From Octopus vulgaris (lineage: Eukaryota): 64,000 bases of DNA. The notes under the pieces are model-generated. The model was not told the origin of the DNA and ran no database searches. It saw only the letters and a program-made list of their open reading frames with translations. This document shows, piece after piece, positions 36,407-48,300 of this stretch (within the stretch, counting starts at the first letter, position 1; every line of letters starts with the position of its first letter). The translations under genes and the position numbers were made by a program. The stretch lies in NCBI GenBank assembly GCA_951406725.2, contig OX597815.1, positions 70,556,001 to 70,620,000 on the forward strand. Direction: 5' to 3'.

Positions 36407-36576
36407 CTGGGCCACAGAAGCGTTCTACACCTTTTCTATAAGTCCCTTCCTTGTCTACTGGAGATAAAGTTGGACAATTGTTATGCTAATTAGGCTTATT
36501 GAAAGGCAGAAACACGGATCTGATACTGTTATCTTATCTGCCCATCTCACAATACGCTGGACTTATGACACATCCT
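36407..36576 (-). other. Candidate 170-nt non-coding exon
   Basis: Acceptor TTCTTCTCCATTTCCAG|A and donor CAG|GTAAGT on the minus strand; stops in all three frames. Confidence 0.4.
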
Positions 36577-36640
36577 CTGGAAATGGAGAAGAATTTTAAA
36601 AATCAAGAATTTATATTGTACGGTATTTGGTATACCCGTA

Positions 36641-36689
<49 letters not shown>

Positions 36690-37846
36690 TTATATACATA
36701 TGTGTGTATATTTATATGTATATATATATGAGTGTATGTATATATAAACATATGTATGTGCGTATATATATGTGTATATATAGACATATATTACACACAC
36801 ACACATGCACGCACACACAGACACGCACACAGACACACACACACATATATAGATGCATAGGTTTAAATATATACGTCTGCAGTCAAAATACACTAAATCA
36901 AAAATATAACATATGTTCTTTGTTGAAATATTGTTCAAACAGTTGGTGTCGGAGTTTTGTTGTATGTGTAATTGTATACGCGCGCATAAATGCGCGCGCG
37001 TTATCACATAAAGGCGAGTGCGTGCATGCTCATACATATGTACGTTATACACACACACACACACACAAACACAATTTTAGGTGATGTTAAACTGTAGGTA
37101 GCAACAAAACATTCATTCATGATGGTAGTCTATATATATAATGCGTGGAGTCAAATTTATTAATCATGTTTGAATTGACCGGGACTTTAAGCCTTAATCG
37201 CTCATTCAATCAGTCAACTATTGGTTGCATTGGACAGAGGAGGCATACAGTTGAACAATTTAGCGCCCAAAAAGTAACGGTAATATCCCGTCATCCACAA
37301 AAGTTGGCTGATAACGTATGCGAGAGATGAGGAGAAATTAGAGGCGGAGGAGCGGTAATGCTGACGGGGACTAAGGAACAGAATTGATGCGATATCCCAA
37401 ACCAGAAAGTACCTTATAGTTCTAGCACGTTAAAGCAAAATTCCTTTCAATATGTCAATGTAGTTAGGTATAATCAGTAAATTCAGTAAATAAAAGAGTT
37501 GACAGGGAAGGATATTTCAGTATATCTTATAGTTCGCTTACGATGTTTCTCCAGACGATCTTGATGAATTTGAGGTACACTCAAAGCAAGAGATGCGTAG
37601 CTTATACATACATATGCGTGTGTGTACTGTTTGTTTCAATCTTTTGACTGCGGCCATGCTGGAGCACTGCCTTTAGTCGAACAAATCGACCCCAGGACTT
37701 ATTGTTTGTAAGCCTAGTATGTATATTATGTACATATATATAGGTATGTATATATATATATATATATATATAGGTATGTATACATGTTTATATATATATA
37801 TATGTATGCATATTTTATATATGTGTGTATACACACATACATGCAT

Positions 37847-37934
<88 letters not shown>

Positions 37935-39589
37935 ATGTATGTAAATTATCTTGCTTGGCGCAAATATTTCGGTAATGTATGTATTCAAATAGGTTGTATT
38001 GGCCTCATGAAGGGATGGTATCTTATTCGTTTGCATTCACCCCCTCCCCAACACACACACATGTATATATAAAATATACTTACACATACATACATGTATA
38101 AAATATACATATTTGTGTGTGTGTGTGTATGTATATATAATCTACGTTTTCATATATATATATATATAATAGCAAAAATAGGTGAGATAAAACTATTTTA
38201 CAATTATGATCGAGTTGGCGCTTAATAAATTTGAGGTCAGTTGTAAGTTCGAATCTCGGGTGTTTTTATTTCGATCCGTGTCCTTTATGTTGCAATTGAA
38301 TAATTAAAAAAGGCATGAACATCAGTTTTACATTCCCACATCATCTATAAATCTTAATTGATGAAATGTGTCGATGTAATTAATCCACAAACGAAGAAAT
38401 AGAATAATTACCAAGAGGAGATAACTCTCGATGATTTCTATACAGCTGTGCGTGTTTGTTTTTATATTTCCAAAACAAATATGTTTAAGTGACTCGAGGA
38501 GTAAATTTGCTGCATATTGCAGTATTTTGTGCTATGATTGCAATTTGATGTAAGAATGCGGAGTAACAGAAAAGTAATGTTTCGGGATGGAATAATATTT
38601 TAAAGAAAATTTATAAATCGGAGATAAAAATATTGATCAGCTAGTAATTATTGCTAGCTTTAAATGAATAAGTTTATAGTTTAAGTATTGTGGAGGCAAA
38701 ATCTTAAATTTTAGAAGGGAAATATGTGATTACATCGTAGCCTGTAGTCGTCAAGTTCTGTACTGCTTGTTCAATAACGGTCATACTGTAAATATCAATT
38801 TTTGTTTTAGACTTGGTTAGCAGTCCCGATATTTTAATAATGCAATAAAATAAGAAGTTGTGGTGTACATAGTTTCTCAAAAGCATTCTGTTATGGATGT
38901 GTCTTACCAAGAATTTTCTTCTCGCTCTGATATATAAAGATGTGCCCAAGATCATTGATAGAAGGATAATTGTGAGGAAAGGGTGGGTTAATTTGGGACA
39001 CATTTCACCAAACTGCTTATTTATATTAGGTTATATAGGTATAACTACAGTTTGGTGTCCCTCACCCTGAAATCGTTTTTTCTAACTTTCTTAATAATGG
39101 TTATGTCTTTTGATGAAATTTTGCAGATATACGTTTTTGGCAGTGTAGATAACGATTTTATTAATGACTGGAACGAGTACAAGAACGGTAAAAAAAAAAG
39201 AAAAAAGCGGAAGAATGTAATCGTTATCTACATGTCCGAAAACGCATCTCTACAAAATTTCATTGATAAATATGTATTATAAGAAAGTTATGAGGAAACA
39301 AGGTCGAGGTGAGGTCGACATCTCAATAAATCTACTACTTCATCCTTTTTAACTCTATGTATGTGTACAATAAAATCAGCAAAACACTTAGCCACGGTTT
39401 TGAGAAATTCTGAAAAAACAATTTTATGGCTTAAATCTAAGCGTTCCAACTCGCCTCACAATTGTGTAAGTTGTAACAAGCTAGGGGGAAGTACCTAGAA
39501 TGAGGCGCTTTTATGGGGGAAGCACTTTTAGGTCTGCTGCATAAGCCTGCACTGGCTCAGCACATACTTTAGTTATGCCACTGCTATGG

Positions 39590-41060
39590 GGCATGATAGA
39601 AAACAGCAGTAATTATAAGACAATTTAAGAATCATATTGGTGTCATTTCAGTTTTCAATTCCAATGATACATTCTTTCAGATAACTTCAATTAGGCATGA
39701 TGGTCACTTTGGTTTGTCACCTCTCAATAAATTTTATTAGTCCACAATATACCCTTGTATTTAATCTGTGCTATCAGCCAACAGATCAACAAGAAACACA
39801 AATTTCTACTAACAACACGTCTTTCTGTTGTTGCACGGAGCAGGTAGAATGAATATGATATCCTCAAGTTTATATGTGCATATTTCAGCATCGTCTAGCA
39901 TTGTGAATATTGGATATACAAAGTCTTTGCTTGGAATTTGTTTCATAATTTTATTGGTAGTATCATTACCTTCATTTATTTCATTAACTAGTCTAATACA
40001 ATAGAGCACCTTTTTATTTATTACAAAATGCATAAGAAATATAGTGTCCACATACCTGTTTGTTTGTGGCTTGCTCGCTAATTGATGGTTCCTCATCAGA
40101 GGATGTTCCAAGGAAACTTCTAATGTTCTTTCTATCAAGTCACCTGTGTAAGAGACCTTCAACCAATTGCCTTGTAATTTTTTTTTTGTGGGGGTAGTTG
40201 AATCACCTTCGATGATTTGTTCTTCCTCATGTTGACCTGTTGTATAATTTTTAATTACCCAGAAATGTCAGTGAGGACTCTTGCTCTCTCGGGTTTTCTT
40301 TTAACTTTTCTTTTCCTTAGGCATTAAGGGACCTGAACCAAATAGCCCTTGTTGACTTCAAGCTGCAGCATTTGGGGCCAATGAAACAAGAGCTGCAGAA
40401 TAGGTTGCTGTACATTCAATTGCAGTGGAATCTTTGTTGATGTTTAAAGAATGATCTGTCACATCAGAAGGAAGGAATTCATGATTGGTAAAGTTGTTCT
40501 TCCCTAAAGGATAAATACTTGTTACCTTGAAATCTGACTGGTAGATGTTAGTAGTAGTGATGGTTTGATAAAATGCCTTCCCTACTAACCCAAGAATGTC
40601 ATATATTGTCATAATTTCCCCCTTTTTTCTTTCATCCATTAGTCAGTAACAGAGTGATACTGCTTTCTGAAAGGCTCCAAAATAGTCTCCTGAATGAGCT
40701 GTATCTTGTATGAACAATGTAAGGGGAAGCTACAGCAATGCTACTCTATTTCCTTGAGCGTGATCAATCATCTCTATTCTGATGCGACTCCTATCCTTTT
40801 TGAGTATTGATAATTTTTTTCAGGTACACAACATGTGCCACAGAATACTTTATTACTGAGAAATTTTTATTCTGTCATCTATCCTGAGGGATGTAACAAC
40901 CAACAGAACCTGATGGTGCACCATGAAGAAAGTGGTCCTTAAAGTCAGCTCGAGGGAATACAAACAGTTGAAACAGTATTCCATTTAATAGTGATTTCAC
41001 AATAAATAGTCTCTTAATGTTTTCACTCTGCTCATATTAGGGCTCACGCTATGGTGGTGA
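39590..41060 (-). mobile_element. Highly decayed pogo/Tigger-like (DDE_1) transposon
   Basis: Minus-strand remnants VFPRADFKDHFLHGAPSGSVG and IYDILGLVGKAF...FKVTSIYPL...FTNHEFLPSDVTD. Confidence 0.75.
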
Positions 41061-42024
41061 GCTGTTCTGGTTACTTTCTAATAAACCATTAACAGATAAA
41101 GGTATTGAAATGAAACTACCATGTTTACTAAGCAAACTGAATATTTGTAACAAGTGAAAATTTTATTTTCAGATGTGAAAAATACAGGAACCTTCTGTAC
41201 ACTTGAAAACCTGTATTGACTTGGTATTAATATGGTTGAAAAGCAGTATCAGAGACTCTCACAAAACAGCAGCACAATTCTCACAAGTTTCTTTTGTTTC
41301 TGCTACAAAAGGAGTATTTCAACTTCCTTCATCTTCCTACTAATCTCATTCTTTCCTAATCTGTGAATGTTTTCTTAAGAATAACATCATAAATTGAAAC
41401 ATCTAGGACTGGTAATTAAACAGAGATCGACTACTAACAACTGATTTAATATTTCCATTACTTCCTTATAAGTACAAGGTCACACATTTTGGAGGACATA
41501 TAGTTGACTTAATCAATTTTACTTATTGGTGCTTCATTTTACCAACTTCAGAAGGAAGAAAATGCAAAGTCACATCTAAGTCAGATGTGAGCTCAAAACA
41601 ATGAGAGCTGACATCAAATAATGTTAGGTATTTAGTCTGATACTGTTATATTCTCAGTTCCATCAACATGTGAGGCTTCTATTTACTTGTGAGAAATAGT
41701 AACCAAATCACTTGTAAATGTCACTGTACTGCCTTAAAAATGGAGATATTGGGTAATGTGGTTTTATTTACACTTTGTTTAGATAATAAAATGGTATGGT
41801 CATGGCTAGAATACTTATAGTTGTGACCTTGATCTGGGCTGAGTTAGGATTAATCAGGACAAATAGGGGTGAGAAAGTTAGTAGCAGCAGTTGTAGATGT
41901 GGTGGTAATGGCAGAGGTGGATGTGGTTGTGATGGTTTCGGTGGGGTGCAACTGTGGTGGTAGTGATGGTTGATGGTAATTTTAGTAGTTTCTTTATTTG
42001 ACATAATGACAATAACAGTAACTT

Positions 42025-42136
42025 TATTTTCTTTCATTATTTATTATGCCTCAAAGCAGGAACAACTACTCCCATGACTCTATTTTCTTTCATTATTTAT
42101 TATGCCTCAAAGCAGGAACAACTACTCCCATGACTC
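42025..42136 (+). repeat. Perfect 56-bp tandem duplication
   Basis: TATTTTCTTTCATTATTTATTATGCCTCAAAGCAGGAACAACTACTCCCATGACTC twice. Confidence 0.97.
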
Positions 42137-42319
42137 TCGTTCGGGTCTCTGAGAAAGATAGAAGAAAATTATCCTCAGATTAAAGACCTGGCCAGAATGC
42201 TTGCAACTGAGTGAACTTCACTAAGGGCAGCCAAGGGCAAGATGTGATGGTGATATGCACAACCATACCTGTTTCCCTCAAGACAATAAGGTATAAAGAT
42301 AGATATTGATAATTGAGAG

Positions 42320-42494
42320 CAGGCCCGTTGCCGGGCTTAAGTACCTGGGGGTGCTTCAAAATATTCTGGGTGGGCAGTAATTAATAATAATGCCAAAGTG
42401 GAGTTTTTGAAATAAGTGTCTGTAAATCTGAAGGTGCACTATTGAATAGTGAAGGAGCATTGCTGTCCAATTCCCCCATTTAGTGATGGGCATA
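42320..42494. mobile_element. hAT-like MITE with 8-bp TSD
   Basis: TSD ATTGAGAG at 42312-42319 and 42495-42502; decayed TIRs CAGGCCCGTTGC / GTGATGGGCATA. Confidence 0.75.
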
Positions 42495-44515
42495 ATTGAG
42501 AGTAAGAGAGTAACAAAGCAACAGAAAATGAAAGAATGATAATAAAAGAGGGAAAAGAAAGAGTAGAAGTAAAACTAATGGCCATTAGTTCCAGGAAAGA
42601 TTAGATCTGACAGACCTTTGTCCGTCAATGTTGATTATGTATCTACCTGAGCTAAATATTTTTGAAGAAAACTAGCAGTTATCCATGTATGGAAGTTTCC
42701 ATTTTCCATGTCACTGATGTTTATCCAATGGGGAAAGGTTATCAACTTTGATTGATAAGTCTGGTATCTGTGTTGTCACAGTTGTTGCCATCAGAATGCA
42801 GAGAGTGGAAACAAATAATATAAGGTAACATGCATGACCCGTCTAACAATTGCAGCTATCCTTTACCCTGGATTGTTATGTCTTTTTTTCTTTAAATAAA
42901 TGACTTCAGTTAGATTTGACTTGACAATGCAAAGAGTCACAACAAATACAGCAAAGCATCTTGCCCGACCCCTCTAGCACTTCCTGCCATCCAGTGCTCT
43001 GGACTGGTACTATCATCATCATCATTTAACATCTATATTCCATGCTGGCATGGGTTGGACAATTTGACAGGATCTGGTGAGCCAAAGGACTGTGTTGAGC
43101 TCCAGTAACTACCTGCTTTAAATTAGTTTCTACAGATAAATGCTCTTCCTAATACCAACCACTTTACAGACTGTACTGGGTGCACTATCATAACACCAGG
43201 GATGGTGGGGTCACCAAGTAACTTGCAAGACAAAACCCCTTGACAGAGTGGTGGTGGGGTGTTGAGGAAGGTGACTTTGAACCAGTGTTGAGAGTCTAAA
43301 GTGTGGTAGAGGCACAGAACAGGTAGTATCAGAGACTCTCACAAGACAGCAGCACAATCCTTACAAGTTTCTTTTGTTTCTGCTACAAAAGAAATATTTC
43401 AATTGGTTGACAAGATGCATGGTTACCCCAGCAGGAAAGAGAGAAAGGATAGATAAAACTGACCTCAGTGAGATATGAACTCAGAACACACCGAGTCAGA
43501 CCAAATACCATAACTGTTCTGTTCATAGCTTTAATGATTCTGCCAGTTAGTGTGCCAAGAGGTTAGATAATATTAATCCCACAGACTGCAGTTTGCCCAT
43601 GACTAATGACTTCTCAGTCATTCTAACATCTAGAGTTATCACCAAACATCAAATTCACTCCCCACTGTATTTCAACATAATTTAAAATCAATATTCATTT
43701 CAGTGTTACTTTCCTTTTCCTTTATAACAAAAATTGTCATTAACACTAATGATTTTTCATTTTGTTATAAGTGAATTGACAACTGATGATTTCTTAAGAA
43801 CTGCACAAACCCAAATATTTATTGGGGAGAAATACAACTGAATAAATCAATCCAGAATAATGCAGGTATTTGAAACATGAAGAATCAAAGACAGAGGTGA
43901 CTATGACAGAATACTGCAATATATTCAGTTTGGTAATTTATCAGAACACTGCATCCTTCTTCCAGAATTTAAATACTTATAATTATTTGATGATTTTGGC
44001 AAATACATATGTACATGAGGGAGCTTCAACATGATTGCTTGACCTCCAGCAAATAGCAGTCACATCTCTCTCTAATCACACCATACTGTTCTAAAAAAGA
44101 AAAGACACATTAGATACTTTGTTTCTGAGTTCTCCGTATATAAGAAAAAGAAGGGATTGTCATAGTTGGAATACTTCTGAACATAGAGTTACTCAATTTG
44201 AGACTGAGTAAGATTCAGAATCTCTCTCACCTGACATAGTGTTCCTGTCTCTTTCTCAATGTTTGTTCCTAGTTATGCACACTTCTGGTAGGAACAATTC
44301 AATGACTTTCTTATGTACACAGAATAACACTGTTGTTATGTATATCACAACATAATTTATAGATTATATGTGTTGCAACATACATTATGTATAAGCAATA
44401 TTACATATTAACAAAATGTTTATCTTAACATTAATATATATATTAACATAATATTAATATCTCAACATACTCATGAAGTAACTGCTATCATTTCAATACA
44501 ACTGCCACTACACAA

Positions 44516-45365
44516 TGATCATCGTCATCATTTGGTATCTGCTTTCCATGCTAGCATGGGTTAGATAGATTGACTGAATCTGGTAAGCTGGAAAGCTGCA
44601 CCTAGTTTCAGTCTGATTTGGCATGGTTTCTACAGCTGATGCCCTTCTTATTCCAAGAGTGTAATGGGTGCTTTTTACATGCCACTGGCATGGGTATCAG
44701 TTATGTGACACTGGCATCGGCCATGACTATGATCTCACTTGGCTTAACAAGTCTTCTCTTGCACAGCATATCATCAAAGGTCTCAGTCACTTGTCATCAC
44801 TTCCATGAGGCCTAACATTCAAAGATCATGCTTCACAACCTTGTCCCATATCTTCCTGGGTTTACCTCTTCCACAGGTTCCCTCCACAGTTAACCCTTTT
44901 GTTACCAACCCGGCTCTAGCTCTGTAGTACAAATGTCTTATTTTCATAAGTTTTGAATTAAAATCTTCCACCAAAGCTTAGTCATGATTAATGTTCCTAA
45001 CACTAGCTTAATGATAACTGAGTTATTTTACTAAATTCTTTGTTATATTTAAAATAATTGAGAGAAACACAGAGCATCTCAAAATAAATACAGTACTGAA
45101 AGGGTTAAAGACTGGCACGTCTTTACACAGCTGTTCTCGTCCATATGCAACACGACCATACCAGTGCAGTCATCTCTCTTGTACACTATATTTGATGCCT
45201 CTTATGCCCAACTTTTCTCTGTCATACATGCACGCTGACATTGCACATCCAGTGAAACATACTAGCTTCATTTCTTTCAAGCCTATACATGTCCTCAGTG
45301 GTTACAGCCCATGTTTCACTGCTGTATAGCATGGCTGTTTGCACTCAGGCATCATATGATCTATA
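44516..45365 (-). mobile_element. Old RTE/RTE-X-like LINE 3' fragment
   Basis: Minus-strand LHWYGRV...SCVKTCQSLTVEGTCGRGKPRKIW; 3' end CCCATGCTAGCATGGAAAG followed by (ATG)n. Confidence 0.75.
44894..45104. mobile_element. piggyBac-type MITE
   Basis: TTAA|CCCTTT...AAAGGG|TTAA; removing it restores the host LINE frame. Confidence 0.88.
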
Positions 45366-47820
45366 TAAACACCAATCTGATTTTTAAAAAATGGTCCACA
45401 TATGGGTTGGAATTATATATTTATTGCCTTACAAATGATAAATGTGTAGTTTAAATTCTGAGTTCAGATCCCACTAAGGTAAACTTTACCTTTCATCCCT
45501 TCAGGGTTGATAGAATAAAATACCAGCTAAGTACCAATGCTGATGTAATCAACTTTTCTCATCCCCTCAAGATTGCTGACCTTATACTTTGCAACATACA
45601 TAGGCATCCCATTTATGGGGAAGGTTGTGATCTCAGACACTTACACACCATAGAAACCATGCAACCAGTCTCATGAGTCCTACAGCTCAAGGAGAAAAAA
45701 TCATTTGTAAATAATACTTTGCTTACAAATATTAACTTTAGAAATACATTGATAATTACAATACTTCTGCTATTGCATTTCTTATTTTAGAAAATGGCAT
45801 TTATTCTATTGGAGTATCTTAAGGAGCTTGATGGATGAGCCTTATGATCTAGCACAGAAATTTCTCAAACTGGTACAACACCAAAATTTTGTTAGAGAGT
45901 TGTTGTAGAGATTGATTTAATTCCAGCATTTTAATAGTTTTCATTTCATTAATCCTGAAGAGTTGGAAGTTAGTCTTAGAAGGATATGAATTATGAATGG
46001 AAGCTGTAACTAAACACTATAAATTACTGAAGAAAGTTTAATAGATATTTCCTGTATTATTAGTTGTGTGTGATGCATTCTTCTGTATAAGGCACTAGAA
46101 AGGTGAAACAGGTTAATGAGGTACAGAGCCAGTTGTTCACTCTGTTTTCACGGTATCATAATCATCATTTAATGTCTACTTTTCCATGTTTGCATTGGTC
46201 AGATGCAATTTGTTGCCGACTTCCAACCGGTCCCCAAGTAAGGTAATATTTCCCCATGGCCAGGCATGTCTGGGAAGAGTGGAAATAAAGAACACCAGTT
46301 GCATGACAGAGGTACTTGCTTACAACTATGACATGATGCCAAAGACAGGAGACAGTAATACATACATAGCTCCATGTTAAACTGTCCAACCTATGCCAGC
46401 ATGGAGACTGGACATTAAACGATGGTGATGATGATGATGATAGAAACAAACACACACACACACACACATATATATACACACATACATGTGGGAACATTTG
46501 AAAATTTGACTGGGGACTGTTGCTACTGCCATCTACAGTTGCTTTTGGAGTAAGAGAGGGAGAGACATAAGTAAATATATATATGTATGTGTGTGTATAC
46601 ACACACACACGCACACACAATGTGCTTCTTTCAGTTTATGCTTACCAAATCCATTCATAAGGCTTTGGTCAGCTTGAGGCTACAGAAGACTGTGTGGCCC
46701 AAGGTGCCACCCAGTGGGACTGAACCTGGAACTATGTAGTTGGGAAGTAAACTTCTTACTGCACAACCACAGTTGGAGGAGATAAAACATAAATCACTCC
46801 TGGGATGCAAAGGGTACAAGTCTGTTGCCAGTAACACCTCAAGGCAATCATATATCTTGAATGTGAACTGAACTGACTCAATATGGAGTAAAGTGACGTA
46901 ATCAGAAGTTCAATGAAATGCCTGAAAGTAGATCTGAATTAGTGATCTGTGAGTAGATATGATAGTACCTTATCCACTTATGTAATTTGATAAATAAACC
47001 TAATAAGAACTTATTTAAATTCTTAAAATCAACATTTAGCTTTAGTCCCTTTTATTCACTATTTTCTGTCACTAAAGATGGAATGCCCAACACATCCTTT
47101 CCTGACTTCTAGTCATCACACCCTTTTCCCATAGGTACTTGTTATTAATATCCATCACTTACTCTTGCCATTATCCTCATATCTTATCATCCTCTCTCAA
47201 TCTAATCACTTCATTTCTATTGCTTCTAACTACATGGTTTTAGTCACTGCATGACACCTTGTGAAAGGGTCTTCTGCTAAAGGCTTGAGCAGACCAAAGC
47301 CTTGTGAGCAGATTTGGTAGATGGAAACTGAAAGAAGCTCATTATATATAGATATATGTATGTGTATGTGTGAGTATCTCTCGTCCTAACATTGCATGAG
47401 GGCTATAATGAATGTCACCATCATACAAGCAAGTGTTATTTATTTACAGTCTTGTAGGAAAAACATGTCTGGTCAAAGAGTTGGTAACAGAAAGTGCACC
47501 AAGACATAGAAAATCAATCTTAATGAATTCCATAAGACCCATATAAGCAAGGAAAAATGGATGCTAAAACAGTGATGATGATGATGATGATGACAACACT
47601 GGTAATGATAATGATGAAGTTGATGATGACATAATGAAGATATCCTTGCAATGTACACCCAGCCATTCCGGTTCATCTTCCATCATTCTCTATCTCTCTC
47701 TCTTCTATCCACCTTCTCAGTCACATTACCTTGAGTAAACAAACATGCTGCAGTCATGTGTGGACTCTTTAGTATAACTGTATACAAAGCAACCTCACTA
47801 GTGTTGGTGCTACAATAATA

Positions 47821-48300
47821 CAGGGTGTTCCAAAAGTCATTGATGGGTTTCAGTTTTTAATAACTTCTTTAACCTTACAAATAAATGCACGAAATTTTGA
47901 TACAATCTAAATGACATAATGGAAATTAATATGCACAAGTCAAATTTTGCAACACTACTACATCACATATGAAAAATTACATTGCTTAACTGGCCACCAT
48001 TTTCAGTTTCACATGCCCGTGCTCTTTCCAAAACTTACACTGTAACACCCTCAAGAGTTTCAGACCCCACTTCTCTGATTTCTCTATTGATGTTCTCCTT
48101 CAGTTGCATCAGGGTCTCCAGTTTGTTGATGTAAACCCTCTCTTTTAGGTATCTCCTCAAGAAAAAATCTGGGCCAGTCAAGTCTGGGGAATGTGAAGGC
48201 CAATTGACATTGCCATAATGGGAGATTATTCTCTCTCCAAAGCATTGCTGTAACTGCATTGTTCCTCTTGTGGTAAAAGGGTATGAGTAGTTGCCCCATC
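47821..48300 (-). mobile_element. Tc1/IS630-like transposon 3' fragment
   Basis: TA|CAGGGTGTTCCAAAAGT TIR start; FGERIISHYGNVNWPSHSPDLTGPDFFL.RYLKERVY. Confidence 0.85.
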
